A stretch of DNA of 60,475 nt from Bacillota bacterium (GTDB lineage Bacteria; Bacillota; Halanaerobiia; Halanaerobiales; DATFIM01), in NCBI GenBank assembly GCA_051744825.1, contig JBNJDL010000001.1, positions 1-60,475 on the forward strand, in the 5' to 3' direction. The position numbers and the translations under genes were made by a program. The notes beneath the pieces are model-generated. The model had not been told where the DNA came from and made no database searches. It was given only the letters and a program-made list of their open reading frames with translations. Positions 32,103 through 42,061 of the stretch are shown in pieces. Positions within the stretch are counted from its first letter, which is position 1; every line of letters starts with the position of its first letter.

Positions 32103-32582
32103 TCACCTCTTTAAAGCCGCTACTACTAATTCTGAGAATACATTATGAGCTGATTGAACATCAATATCAGTATATTGGACTTTTATATTGGTTAATCCAC
32201 TTGGAAATCCAGAATCAGTATCTTTTAAAAGATAAATATTCATTGAATCATCAGCTGAAGAAGCTAGTTGAGATGTTTCGGATAAAGCTCTAGTATCCAC
32301 TACTAACCACTGTTCAGGGGAAGTCCAGGCGCCATTGTCAATATTAAACCTAAAAGCGTATTCAACATCTCTTGTATCAATTGAATCAATAGTATTATGA
32401 TTAATCATTAATATTGCTCTGCAATTGGAAGGAATATCTATATTAATAGACAATCCCATATCTTCCCAACCTGTTATTGAATAGTCTAGTGAGACACTAT
32501 TTGCTATTTCTATTTCACCTTGTGTTATTGCTCCATTTTCTATATCATCTATCGTAAATAAACTTGTAAATATATCAGGCAT
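32103..32582 (-). CDS. Small beta-rich virion-module protein (MPxI group)
   Basis: Starts MPDIFTSLFTIDD. Immediately downstream of the 669-aa tail protein. Confidence 0.5.
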   Translation of the reverse strand: MPDIFTSLFTIDDIENGAITQGEIEIANSVSLDYSITGWEDMGLSINIDIPSNCRAILMINHNTIDSIDTRDVEYAFRFNIDNGAWTSPEQWLVVDTRALSETSQLASSADDSMNIYLLKDTDSGFPSGLTNIKVQYTDIDVQSAHNVFSELVVAALKR

Positions 32583-32596
32583 AATAAATCCCTCCT

Positions 32597-34606
32597 TTAA
32601 TAAGCAGCTGGACTTTTGTTATCTTCTATATCATAAGCTATAACTTTTACATAATAAGTTGTATTCCCTTGTAGTCCACCAACTTCAAAGTGGGCTTGTT
32701 TTCCTTTTGAGACTAAAGTTGATTCTGATGGAGTAAAAGTAGGGCTAGATGTTGAAGCATGAACTTCAAAACCATCCCAACCTTTGAAAGTTGGTTTTTC
32801 AAGAGTTATTGTGAATCCTCTATATATCCCTTGATAATCTAAAATAATAGGCTCTGCCATTTTTCTATTATTAGTAACACCATCAACATTTGTTGGATTG
32901 CCGTCAGCGCCTGGCCTAGTTTCCATTTCAAGCCATTTTTCTTTTGAGCCAACAACTTTCCCAGCGGTTATAACTTCAGTTCTTAATTGATTTGAAGCTG
33001 GATTTATAATGTGTTTTAAAGATTCAACAGCATAAAATCCCATGCTGCTTTCAATCCTTGGATCCCATATTGATAATGTTGAAAATAAATCTATATCAGT
33101 GAATAATGGCATTTGAATTCTACTTGTTGAAGTTATTTGTTTTAAATCACTAAGAAGTGCACCAGCAAAATTTGTAGCTTCTGTTGATGTATCAATTAAT
33201 GGAGTATCTTTAGTCCCAATTGTCATAGCCCTTCTTCTAAATTCATCTATAGAATCAGCATCAGTGACAGTAACAGTTTGAACTTCATCTGTGGCAGAAT
33301 CAATGTATTCAACAGTTACTGCATTTCTTATTGATGAATCATTAAAAGCAAGATTCCTTGAATAAATATCATTTTCAGCTGTTAATAAATAATCAATAGA
33401 ATTTTTAGTTCTAGGTGGTTCTTTAAAAGTTAGTCTCCATTGGTTAGTTGAATTATCCCATAGATAACCTAAAAACCAACCAATTTGTTTAGCTATCTGT
33501 TGAATTGCGTCCCAGACTGATTGATAATCCACTTCATAAGGTTTTATATCAAAGCCTGGATCTGATGGAGTATATAAAGTTGGAGCTTCTGCTTCTAAAT
33601 TATCATCTAATATATTTTGTATAACAGTTTGAGCTGGCGTTCCTGCCTCCGAGCCATATTCCCTTTTAGTTTCAATATAAGTATCTTGCAATATTTTACC
33701 CAAATCTCTACATTGACAAGATATTGTAGTCCCATCATCTGAAGAATCAATATCATCACCTAAATATCCTCTAAACAATTCTTTATAATAATTATAGCTA
33801 ACCTCTATTTTAGTTGACACATCATCTTCAAAAGTTATAATTCCATCATCTTCATTTATTGTGTAAGGAGCAACGTCTTCATCTGTATTAAAAATAGTGT
33901 TTACAAATTCTTCCCCGCTGTCAGTTTCATCTCCAATAGCTAATGTTTCATCTCCAGCTGTATAAGTTTCATCTTGAGCTGTGGTTTCATCCCAAGCATG
34001 AACATCTTCATAAGGAGTTCCATCAAAATAAACTGTAACTGAATCAGAATCTATTGGATAATGGTCTAATTGAAATACAGTTTGGGTTGAGCCGCTTGAT
34101 TGTAAAACTTCTTTTTCCACAAAAGTATTTCCTGGCAATGCCTCATTTTCATCATCTTCAATCATTACTCTTAAAACAGTTGTTCTTAAAGGCCATAATA
34201 AAGGGGAATATTCTCCGCTGCTATTTTTATTCCAGCTTGAAAGCTTATCCATTGGATGAAAAGAATCACCATTTATATTATTTCTTTGGTTTTGTAAAGT
34301 AAAATTTAATTCCCTTACAACAGCGTCTCCAGCCATATTTCCAGTCCCTAATTGATCAACATCACCAAAATCAACTTCAGCTTCTAATAAATAATCAGTA
34401 ACCTCTTCCCAACTTCCATCTGGTCTACTAATAAATAATCTAGGAGTAATATTCCTATCAGAAGCTATTACAGTTTCTAAGCTATATTCAATATTATATT
34501 CTTCTTCAATATTTATATTTAAAGAATCAGAACTACTTTTGCTAGTATATTCATATTCAGAATATAAAGTTTCATTATAAAGATTTCCGACTCCATAAAA
34601 TTCCAT
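32597..34606 (-). CDS. Large tail tip / baseplate protein with a C-terminal fibronectin type III-like domain
   Basis: 669 aa in the tail module. The C-terminus ...GLQGNTTYYVKVIAYDIEDNKSP is a typical FN3 ending. Confidence 0.55.
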   Translation of the reverse strand: MEFYGVGNLYNETLYSEYEYTSKSSSDSLNINIEEEYNIEYSLETVIASDRNITPRLFISRPDGSWEEVTDYLLEAEVDFGDVDQLGTGNMAGDAVVRELNFTLQNQRNNINGDSFHPMDKLSSWNKNSSGEYSPLLWPLRTTVLRVMIEDDENEALPGNTFVEKEVLQSSGSTQTVFQLDHYPIDSDSVTVYFDGTPYEDVHAWDETTAQDETYTAGDETLAIGDETDSGEEFVNTIFNTDEDVAPYTINEDDGIITFEDDVSTKIEVSYNYYKELFRGYLGDDIDSSDDGTTISCQCRDLGKILQDTYIETKREYGSEAGTPAQTVIQNILDDNLEAEAPTLYTPSDPGFDIKPYEVDYQSVWDAIQQIAKQIGWFLGYLWDNSTNQWRLTFKEPPRTKNSIDYLLTAENDIYSRNLAFNDSSIRNAVTVEYIDSATDEVQTVTVTDADSIDEFRRRAMTIGTKDTPLIDTSTEATNFAGALLSDLKQITSTSRIQMPLFTDIDLFSTLSIWDPRIESSMGFYAVESLKHIINPASNQLRTEVITAGKVVGSKEKWLEMETRPGADGNPTNVDGVTNNRKMAEPIILDYQGIYRGFTITLEKPTFKGWDGFEVHASTSSPTFTPSESTLVSKGKQAHFEVGGLQGNTTYYVKVIAYDIEDNKSPAAY

Positions 34607-34623
34607 AATAACACTTCCTAAAA

Positions 34624-34716
34624 TTATTTATTATTTGTTTCCTGCTTCAATTCACACCTCGGACATATATTTTCATCATCTTCCATCTTCTTGCGACAAA
34701 ACTTACATCTTTTCAT
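34624..34716 (-). CDS. Mini zinc-ribbon ORF (30 aa)
   Basis: The ATG directly follows the stop of 34717..34947. Sequence MKRCKFCRKKMEDDENICPRCELKQ. Confidence 0.3.
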   Translation of the reverse strand: MKRCKFCRKKMEDDENICPRCELKQETNNK

Positions 34717-34947
34717 TTATCTCACCTCTGCAAGTTTCTTTTGTAGTTGTGAAATCTCACTTATAATATTATCCCTAGCAACTTTGATGTCATCTATCTC
34801 TTGTGTGTCATCAAATAGTTGTGCCATTTTCAAGTCCTCTGCTAGTGCTTTGAGTTCTTGTTGTTTAGTTGATATATCGCTTTCAAGTTGTGCAATTTTC
34901 TTTTCCTGCTCAACTACACTAGCATCTTTTTTTAGTATATTCCCCAT
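34717..34947 (-). CDS. Small coiled-coil protein
   Basis: Heptad-rich 76-aa ORF abutting its neighbours. Confidence 0.5.
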   Translation of the reverse strand: MGNILKKDASVVEQEKKIAQLESDISTKQQELKALAEDLKMAQLFDDTQEIDDIKVARDNIISEISQLQKKLAEVR

Positions 34948-35286
34948 CTATACCACCTCATATTCCATAACGTTTACTCTATATGATTTATCGCCAAACA
35001 TTTTTATTCGCTTGTCAACAGGGTAAGGCATATGTGCTAATTTTACATATAATTCACCATTTTCTCGATAAGCATCAACTATCGGGTCAATAGGTAAGTC
35101 TGTTTCAACACCTTCAAATTTGTCACCTTCTGCAATAACTGACAAGTCAAATGTATCAGTTTTAGTTGTGCTTTCTGCGTCGACTTTGCCATTTGTGATA
35201 TATTTTGCTGTGATAGTTTCGCCATCAAACTCGTAAGCTATATCATCATTGTAATTATTTCCTCTAAGTGTGTAAATTATTTTCAT
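34948..35286 (-). CDS. Hypothetical tail-module protein
   Basis: ORF adjacent to the tail fibre gene. Confidence 0.5.
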   Translation of the reverse strand: MKIIYTLRGNNYNDDIAYEFDGETITAKYITNGKVDAESTTKTDTFDLSVIAEGDKFEGVETDLPIDPIVDAYRENGELYVKLAHMPYPVDKRIKMFGDKSYRVNVMEYEVV

Positions 35287-36288
35287 TTATTTCCACCTGC
35301 CTATTGCTATTAATTTTGCGTGGTCTATAGTGTCATCAGTTTGTTCTTCTAACGAGTGAATTGAAAATTGGGCATTATTCGTGCTTGAAGTTGTTAGTAT
35401 TGTAGAAGTTAATGTATTTGTACTAGTAAGTCTAAATTGTAAATCTGCATAAGGAGCTTTGTCAAAAGATTGAGGAAAATCCCACTCATAATTAACATAC
35501 CTATAGATTGTTAATCCTTGTGCTGAACTATCGTTCCTTAAAGCGGATAAGTCGTCGCTACCTAAGTTATATACACATATCTGCCACCCATTCTCATACC
35601 TTATATAATCACCATCTGATGTGCTTCCTTCATCTACTACACCTGCACTCGACAAAGCGTTAAGTGCTGTTGCTACATCAGGGGCTGTGTCGAAGAAGGA
35701 AGTGTCGTCGAATAAAACATTAGCGGTTAAATCGCCATTTGGAATACTAACATCCCCACCAGTTTCAGCAACTAAAATATCTTGAATATTATAATTATCA
35801 TATATGGTTACCTTAGCCGTATTATCTGGACCTAAAGTTGAAATATTAAGATTTTGTATACCAGAATTTAAATTTCCTAAATCATCTATATAATTTCCCC
35901 CCATATCTAAAGAGCCTGTCATACTTTTACTACCATCTAAGGGGAGCACAGTATTAACATCTTCTGCTTCAACAAAATCCCCAACTGTATAATAAAAGAA
36001 ATATAAATCTCCTGTCTCATAAGTAGGATTAATAATTTTAATATACCTGTAAACATCATTTGCAGCTTCGCTAGACAAATCAGTAATTTTAGTATCTAAT
36101 ATATAATCTGTTCCTTTTGTTAATTGTGTTCCAGTTTTAGAAGGTCCAGTCCAAACATCTAAATTTGTATCTTCTAAAATTGTATCATGATCTAATCCAA
36201 AAGCAGTGCTCCCAACATTAGAATGCAATTCATTAAATTGTGAAATTCCATTTATATCTTTGTTTAATTTATCAGCCATAAAACTCAC
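35287..36288 (-). CDS. Tail fibre / receptor-binding protein
   Basis: LPLDGSKSMTGSLDMGGNYIDDLGN is the widespread tail-fibre motif (pLdGs..MtG.L.m.gn.I.nl). Confidence 0.6.
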   Translation of the reverse strand: MSFMADKLNKDINGISQFNELHSNVGSTAFGLDHDTILEDTNLDVWTGPSKTGTQLTKGTDYILDTKITDLSSEAANDVYRYIKIINPTYETGDLYFFYYTVGDFVEAEDVNTVLPLDGSKSMTGSLDMGGNYIDDLGNLNSGIQNLNISTLGPDNTAKVTIYDNYNIQDILVAETGGDVSIPNGDLTANVLFDDTSFFDTAPDVATALNALSSAGVVDEGSTSDGDYIRYENGWQICVYNLGSDDLSALRNDSSAQGLTIYRYVNYEWDFPQSFDKAPYADLQFRLTSTNTLTSTILTTSSTNNAQFSIHSLEEQTDDTIDHAKLIAIGRWK

Positions 36289-36293
36289 CTACC

Positions 36294-36680
36294 TTATGTT
36301 CCTATAATTATAGTAATATCAACCTCAAAAATCCAAGTAGTTCCTGAAATTTTAGTTCCTTGGGTGTCAACTAATCTATTTAAAAATTTAGTTCCGTTTG
36401 AAACTCCCCACTCTTCCCAACCAAAATTAGCCTCAGTATCACCAAAAGTAGCTTTAAATCTTAATTTATTATTACTTCCATCATTATCAGGATCTATTAA
36501 AGGATAATCAGAATCCATATTTGCAACAGCGGTTGAAGTTCCTTGTAAACTAGATTGACTAGCACTAACAGCTGTAGTTCCATTCCCAATATTTAATTGT
36601 GCATTTGTATTATCTAAAGCAGTTCCAGAATTAACAGCTAAACTTGTTAATAAATCTCTTCCATCATTTAATAGAGGCAT
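36294..36680 (-). CDS. Hypothetical tail-module protein
   Basis: ORF beginning MPLLNDGRD. Ser/Thr/Asn-rich. Confidence 0.5.
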   Translation of the reverse strand: MPLLNDGRDLLTSLAVNSGTALDNTNAQLNIGNGTTAVSASQSSLQGTSTAVANMDSDYPLIDPDNDGSNNKLRFKATFGDTEANFGWEEWGVSNGTKFLNRLVDTQGTKISGTTWIFEVDITIIIGT

Positions 36681-36856
36681 TATTTGTCCTCCTTTTTAGA
36701 GATGTTTTCAAATAATTTTTTAGCATTTTCGCCAGTTACTTCAAATGCTTTTTCTATAATTTCATCAGGCTCATCTTTATTAGGATTTTTGCCTTTTCCA
36801 TATTTATATAATTTAGTATCTACACCTATTTTAATTTTAAATTTATCTTTTTCCAT
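36680..36856 (-). CDS. Small hypothetical protein (58 aa)
   Basis: ATG 36856 after GGGGAATAAC. Its stop overlaps the next start (TAATG). Confidence 0.4.
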   Translation of the reverse strand: MEKDKFKIKIGVDTKLYKYGKGKNPNKDEPDEIIEKAFEVTGENAKKLFENISKKEDK

Positions 36857-37092
36857 AAAAGTTATTCCCCTTTTTTAATTATTATTATATATTTTGAGTT
36901 TTAAAAGTGAAACGATATCTTACTATTGTTGCAGTTATTCATCATTATACTCATCTGCGTTTCTACGCCAAACAGCCTTTTCTTCTTCAGGTGTTCTTTT
37001 CATTCCCCAAAATTCCCAATTTTCTCCCTCGGGGGTAATTTCTTTATTATTTGTTTCTTTGTATTCATAATTATTTATCACAAATTCACCTC

Positions 37093-37629
37093 CTATGAAA
37101 TCCATTCTACAACAAGCTCACAATCTATACCCTCTTCCGCTTCAAAAGTTCCCGATATGTTAATCCTAAACCTCATTTCTCGTGATAATGGTATAGACGC
37201 AACTAATACTTCTCCTAATTCATCACCTCCAACTATATTGTTATAATTACCCCAATATATTGACTGCACAAAGGATGTACTGTCACTATAATCAGTACTA
37301 TACTTCAGACTACTTTTGTTATTTTTTCTGCTTTGTATTTCTAATGAAAAACCTTCTCCATCTGCGAAAGTTCCTGTCATTCCGTATGATGTCAGATAAG
37401 CAATCATACCCGTTACTCCAGTAGGTACAGAAATTTCTTCTGTGACAGTAGATGTTCTGACTGCTCTATTTATAATTGTTTCATTTGACACATTTCTCCC
37501 ATACTGTTTCACTTTTGCATATCCGCTTAAATCTAAATTGTCAGGCCTAACGTTTAAGCTTCCACCAGATGTATTTAAAGGCTCAGTGCTGTTTGTGTGT
37601 AGTATCTGACCTAACGTAATATTTGCCAA
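37093..37629 (-). CDS. Hypothetical tail-module protein
   Basis: Track ORF 37093..37638. TTG 37629 has better spacing to GAGGTGA. Confidence 0.5.
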   Translation of the reverse strand: MANITLGQILHTNSTEPLNTSGGSLNVRPDNLDLSGYAKVKQYGRNVSNETIINRAVRTSTVTEEISVPTGVTGMIAYLTSYGMTGTFADGEGFSLEIQSRKNNKSSLKYSTDYSDSTSFVQSIYWGNYNNIVGGDELGEVLVASIPLSREMRFRINISGTFEAEEGIDCELVVEWIS

Positions 37630-37837
37630 TTGTATCACCTCTTACCTTTTTTATATCATCACTAAAAATAATCATGTCTTCACTAACAACAGTATTCTCA
37701 TCACCTAAAACAATATCAACATTTTTATTTGTATGGCACTTATTACATTTTGGATATTGTTGAGCTGGATGAATAGGGAGACTTAATTCAGCAATCTCCC
37801 CACCGCATTCCATACATTTATAATAGGGATAATTCAT
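37583..37837 (-). CDS. Small zinc-ribbon protein
   Basis: CMECGG...CNKCH. Its start overlaps the stop of 37834..38208. Confidence 0.45.
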   Translation of the reverse strand: MNYPYYKCMECGGEIAELSLPIHPAQQYPKCNKCHTNKNVDIVLGDENTVVSEDMIIFSDDIKKVRGDTIGKYYVRSDTTHKQH

Positions 37838-38208
37838 TCTTCTTTCACCTCTAAAGTTATTGAATGGCCTTTATCATGTTTGCCTCTATCGTCTATAAAT
37901 GGAGTTCTTTCATCAGATTCTATTCTAACAAAAGCATTAATGGAATTAGATAATTGAGTCCCGCCAAATTCATCTGACCAAAATTTAGTTAATCCATTTT
38001 GAATTTCAAGGACATGTTCCTTTATTGCAAAATATTCATCCCAAGTTAAATATTGAGCTTCAATAGTCCATACTTCTTTGATATTTATACTATCTTGTCT
38101 TTGTTTGCCTAAAGCTGTTCTGCTGCTTTCACCAATAAATTCATATCTAATATCAGTAATAGTTGCTCTTGGGATTGGAATATTTTCATCTATATAAGCT
38201 ATGGCCAT
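37834..38208 (-). CDS. Minor tail protein directly after the tape measure
   Basis: Assigned by position (its start shares a junction with the TMP stop) and small size. No motif. Confidence 0.4.
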   Translation of the reverse strand: MAIAYIDENIPIPRATITDIRYEFIGESSRTALGKQRQDSINIKEVWTIEAQYLTWDEYFAIKEHVLEIQNGLTKFWSDEFGGTQLSNSINAFVRIESDERTPFIDDRGKHDKGHSITLEVKEE

Positions 38209-41200
38209 TATTTACCACCTACTCCATATTTAGCTTTACCTTTTTTCTTTTTAGCTTTATCCATAGTTCTGATTATTTTTCTTTCTAAATCATTAATTCC
38301 ATAAACATCACCAATTGTTATTTGATAGGTATCTCCGCCTTGCTGATCTTGATTTCTAATAACTTCAGCAGCGTGAACATTTACTAATCCTGATTTTTTA
38401 ACAGTTGCTCCATTTGCAGCTGATGGGATTCTACTTCTTGATTTAGTTCCAATTGAAGATTCCCAAGCCCTTTGCATAACCTTAACGCCTCTTGGAATGT
38501 TTCTCATAGCGTCAGCAGCTTGTTTAGCTGATTCAGAAGTATTTTCTAAATTATCATCTAATTCTTTCATACTAACTTTCCATTTATCAAGACTAGTCCA
38601 AAAGATTATAACATCTAAAACATCAACTATTCCATTCCATACTTTAATAATTATCCCAGCTACCCACCTTAAAACTTCAGCTACTAATCTTAAAGGTGGT
38701 TCTATTATTTTAACGATTGGAAGCAACACTACACCCAAAGTATCTGCTAATAATTGTAATATAGGATTTATAGTTGCTAATAATTTTTGGAATGATTTAG
38801 AGTTTGTTATTAAACTTGTAATAATTCCAACTATTCCACCTTGCTTAAACCCTTCCATCATACTTTGCACCATCGGCATGCCTGATTTTAATTCACTCAT
38901 AACCCCTAGCATTACTTTAGAAGTTCCCTCTAATGTTCTACTAAATAAACTAGCTTTTTGTTGAATTCCGCCAGCCGGGCCAGCACCCATAAATTCTTGC
39001 TGATCTAAAGCTCTACTTCCATAACCAGTGCCGCCACTATCTTTTTCAGTAAATAAATTATTAAATCTATCCCTCAAATCATTTATTGTGTCCATTAATT
39101 TTTGCCCAGCGTCTTCAATTCCAAAGAATTCTCCAAATATATCAACAGTTTTAACTATTACTTTAATTAATATATTAAAAACATCAGCTAACATTTTTCC
39201 AATATTATTAATTGATTTTCCAATTCCTTCTAACCAGCCAGACATATTATCTTTGATATTAGTAAAGTTCATATTAGCAAAACTAAGTCCAACTCCACCG
39301 CCATCTTTATAACCTTTACTTCTCATGCTTTCTAAAGTTGATGTTAATTGTGGGAATTTTTTTACCATCCAAGCAGGCATTACCCATTCTCCGCCATGGA
39401 CTACTCCGGCCACTTGGTTAACTCCAGCATTACCAGTCAATCCTCCAGCTTTCTTTTCAGGCAGATTTCTACCACTAAAGTCTATAAACTTTTGAGCGTC
39501 AGTAAATATTTCAACTGTGCCTTGGCCTAACTCTTTAGAAGTTTTGCCTGTGATTGCTTTCAATAATGAATCTGAAACTCCTTGAACAAATTGCCAAGTT
39601 ATTTTTCCAATTGAAATAACTAATTCATCTATTTTCATAGCCATTCTATTTCCTTTAGATCCTTCTAAAGATAATAAATCGCCTAACCATTGAATTGCAT
39701 TTATTGACATTTTTAACATTTGAACTGCTATATAACCAACTATTCTTCCTAAGCTGTAAGCATAACCTTGTCTATGCACCCAATCTAAAGCATCAGCTAT
39801 TGCACCAATTCCAGTAGCTGTCATAGATTTTATATCTACATTAAAATCAGGAATTATATCAACTTCACCTTTTATAGCTTGCCCAGTCCATTCAACAACA
39901 CCTTTAAGCCAATTCCAAGTTGTGTTAACTGATTTACCTACCCAAGGAATTGCAGTATCTCTTAAAAAAGTGTTTAATTCTTGAGACTTATCTAAAGTCC
40001 AATTCCAAGAAGTTTCCATAAAATCAGCAGTTCCTGGACTAACTTTTTTAATCCAATTCCATAATTTCTTTGAGCCTTCTTCAATTAATTCAATTGACCA
40101 TTCCCAACCATCTGTCATCCAACCTTTTACATCTTCCCATTTTTCAGCCCAAGTTGTATCTTTCAGCCAATCCCAAGCCGTCCCAGCGATGTCTATAGAC
40201 CAGTCCCAAGCCTTTTGAAGCCATTCCCATATCTTTTCGAATACAGGCTTGATATACTTCTCCCATGAGTTCTGCACAGTCTCTCTGATTCCTAACCAGT
40301 TGTTATCCCAGGCAGCATATAACAAGAATGCTCCTAAAGCTAACAACCCTACCCATGAGAATATTATGCTTCCTAGTCCAGAGACTAAAGTCCCTATTCC
40401 TATTAAAGCTTTCATAGAAAGTTGAACAGCTGTGGCTAATAAACCAAAAGCAACGACTCCAGCTAGAATTCCACTGATTAAAACAGTCCATCTTAAAATA
40501 TTAGCTTTTACAGCATCATCCAAAGCATTAAATTTTTCAACTTGGTCAGTTAAATATCCTACAAATTGTTCAGCATAAGGTAGCAAATATTTACCCATAT
40601 TTCTTGCAAGATTATCTAATTGTCCTCTTAAACCTTTCATTCTATTAGCAAATGAATCTGCAGTTCTTACGGCGTCTCCCTGGATATGAGTTGTGTTTTC
40701 CATTAAATAATTGTATCTCAATTGGACTTTTTCAGCTTGATCCATAGATTCTACTTTTTCATCTATACCTTTTCTTAAAGCATAAGATTGAAGTGTAGCT
40801 TGAGTCATATCAATACCGAATTGCCTTAGAGGTTTTACCATTCCCATAAGACCAGATTGGATTGCTTCAAAAGCTTGTTTATCTGCTACTTCAAAAAATG
40901 ACCCCATATCGACAGATAATTTTGTTAAATTCTTTGACATATTCGCTGTCGCTTCAGAAGTCCCAAGTAAAGGTTTTAATATTGCTTGATTAAAAGCAGC
41001 AAATTCTCTCATTTGATAAGTTGAGCGATTCATAGCGTCTCCGGTTTCTTTCGCCCAATCATTTATAGAATCAGCCATTTCGCCAAAAGATTGATTAACA
41101 ACATTGGAAAGCTCTTTAGCTTCTGAAGCCATTTGTGTTAAATGATAAGCTCCAGCACCTATTCCTGCTAAAGCTACTCCAGCAACCATTGCTGCTCTCC

Positions 41201-41309
41201 TGGATTTTCTAGCAAAGCTATCCATTCTTCTTTCAGCTGTTCTGAGGCCTTTTTCTAAGCCTGTCGTGTCTGCGTTTATTCTAGCTGTTAATGTTCCTAT
41301 ATTAGCCAT
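38208..41309 (-). CDS. Tail tape measure protein
   Basis: 1033 aa, directly after the G/T chaperone pair. Helical N-terminus, internal hydrophobic segments and Trp-rich repeats (WxW...). Confidence 0.85.
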   Translation of the reverse strand: MANIGTLTARINADTTGLEKGLRTAERRMDSFARKSRRAAMVAGVALAGIGAGAYHLTQMASEAKELSNVVNQSFGEMADSINDWAKETGDAMNRSTYQMREFAAFNQAILKPLLGTSEATANMSKNLTKLSVDMGSFFEVADKQAFEAIQSGLMGMVKPLRQFGIDMTQATLQSYALRKGIDEKVESMDQAEKVQLRYNYLMENTTHIQGDAVRTADSFANRMKGLRGQLDNLARNMGKYLLPYAEQFVGYLTDQVEKFNALDDAVKANILRWTVLISGILAGVVAFGLLATAVQLSMKALIGIGTLVSGLGSIIFSWVGLLALGAFLLYAAWDNNWLGIRETVQNSWEKYIKPVFEKIWEWLQKAWDWSIDIAGTAWDWLKDTTWAEKWEDVKGWMTDGWEWSIELIEEGSKKLWNWIKKVSPGTADFMETSWNWTLDKSQELNTFLRDTAIPWVGKSVNTTWNWLKGVVEWTGQAIKGEVDIIPDFNVDIKSMTATGIGAIADALDWVHRQGYAYSLGRIVGYIAVQMLKMSINAIQWLGDLLSLEGSKGNRMAMKIDELVISIGKITWQFVQGVSDSLLKAITGKTSKELGQGTVEIFTDAQKFIDFSGRNLPEKKAGGLTGNAGVNQVAGVVHGGEWVMPAWMVKKFPQLTSTLESMRSKGYKDGGGVGLSFANMNFTNIKDNMSGWLEGIGKSINNIGKMLADVFNILIKVIVKTVDIFGEFFGIEDAGQKLMDTINDLRDRFNNLFTEKDSGGTGYGSRALDQQEFMGAGPAGGIQQKASLFSRTLEGTSKVMLGVMSELKSGMPMVQSMMEGFKQGGIVGIITSLITNSKSFQKLLATINPILQLLADTLGVVLLPIVKIIEPPLRLVAEVLRWVAGIIIKVWNGIVDVLDVIIFWTSLDKWKVSMKELDDNLENTSESAKQAADAMRNIPRGVKVMQRAWESSIGTKSRSRIPSAANGATVKKSGLVNVHAAEVIRNQDQQGGDTYQITIGDVYGINDLERKIIRTMDKAKKKKGKAKYGVGGK

Positions 41310-41614
41310 TAATTATCACCTTTATCTCTTAAGTCTTTCCCTCCGAAAGCTTTATTTAAATTCTCAACAATACTTAATAATTTGTTTTGTTTATCTTCTT
41401 CTTCTTCATAAAACTCAGGCATAAAATCTTGAGGCTTGTACTCTTTCTTATTTTTACTATCACCAAAAGATTGAATCGCATTGACAATTGTGCTTGCAAT
41501 TATACCTGTTCTTAAATCTTCTCTCTCTTCACCAAATGGATTTAAAGTATAAAACGCCATCCATTCAGTTAATTCTTTTGAGCTCATAGATAATAACAGC
41601 TCCCGCCTGGTCAT
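41309..41614 (-). CDS. Tail assembly chaperone, T-like part (probably expressed as a G-T frameshift fusion)
   Basis: ELTEWMAFYTLNPFGEERED resembles the gpT signature. Its frame stays open upstream across the G stop and is -1 relative to G. Confidence 0.65.
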   Translation of the reverse strand: MTRRELLLSMSSKELTEWMAFYTLNPFGEEREDLRTGIIASTIVNAIQSFGDSKNKKEYKPQDFMPEFYEEEEDKQNKLLSIVENLNKAFGGKDLRDKGDN

Positions 41615-41664
41615 ACCAAGTTTTAAAGCTAAAACATAAGTAAAATAACGGAAGCTGTTCTTGT

Positions 41665-42042
41665 TTAGTTTTTTGTCATTTCATCTACATCTTCATCTGA
41701 AATTCCATTTAATTCTTGAGCTACTTCAAAAACTCTATCAAGAGCTTTAGCGGATTTTTCACCTAATTTTTTAATATCATTCTCAGAGAATATTCTATTT
41801 CCATCTTCATCAACAACTGTATAAGCGACAAGTCTAGCTCTTAAATTTTCCTGCTTATATTCAGCTTTTTGATTTTTAGTTCCAAAGTTTCTAATTTGAA
41901 ACATGGAAGCTTCAAACTTATCTCTCTTTTCAGCTGTTATTGTTGAAACTCTAACTTTGCCACCCCATTCAGGAACATCTACAACTTTCACATCTTTATC
42001 ATCTGCACCTAATATTTCATCTCTTCCTAAAAATTTACTCAT
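41665..42042 (-). CDS. Tail assembly chaperone, G-like
   Basis: Lies between the major tail proteins and the TMP. Ends with the slippery A AAA AAC immediately before its stop. Confidence 0.7.
   Translation of the reverse strand: MSKFLGRDEILGADDKDVKVVDVPEWGGKVRVSTITAEKRDKFEASMFQIRNFGTKNQKAEYKQENLRARLVAYTVVDEDGNRIFSENDIKKLGEKSAKALDRVFEVAQELNGISDEDVDEMTKN
41668..41674 (-). promoter_or_regulatory. Programmed -1 ribosomal frameshift slippery heptamer AAAAAAC
   Basis: Minus strand: ACA AAA AAC TAA. Codon-by-codon reading shows the -1 frame is open from here into 41309..41614. Confidence 0.7.
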
Positions 42043-42061
42043 AATAATTTTCCTCCTCCTA

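Noticed and set aside
34691-35026. Ser/Cys-rich plus-strand ORF overlapping 34717..35286
   Set aside because: It is antisense to two tightly coupled minus-strand ORFs and has low-complexity composition. The same reasoning rejects the other opposite-strand track ORFs: 1352..1597, 6255..6470, 18777..18983, 20273..20488, 22581..22958, 27565..27795, 28293..28499, 30347..30532, 30870..31073, 32027..32293, 34054..34302, 36684..36878, 36926..37246, 41903..42085, 44612..44827, 45652..45960, 48041..48226, 49057..49314, 52760..52996, 53405..53668 and 58780..58992.
36881-37092. Possible small minus-strand gene in the gap after 37093..37629 (GTG at 37081 after GGAGGTGAA)
   Set aside because: Careful re-reading shows the frame stops after 31 codons (TGA). 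The attractive C-terminal part (...NWEFWGMKRTPEEEKAVWRRNADEYNDE) is in another frame, beyond an A5 run. This could be a frameshifted or decaying gene or two tiny ORFs, so it is not supportable as a feature.
38497-39530. Plus-strand ORFs 38497..38964, 39028..39312 and 39348..39530, and the alternative-frame minus ORF 40303..40491, all inside the tape measure gene
   Set aside because: They are antisense or out-of-frame within a 1033-aa gene whose identity is fixed by position and by the G/T frameshift upstream. There are no start contexts.
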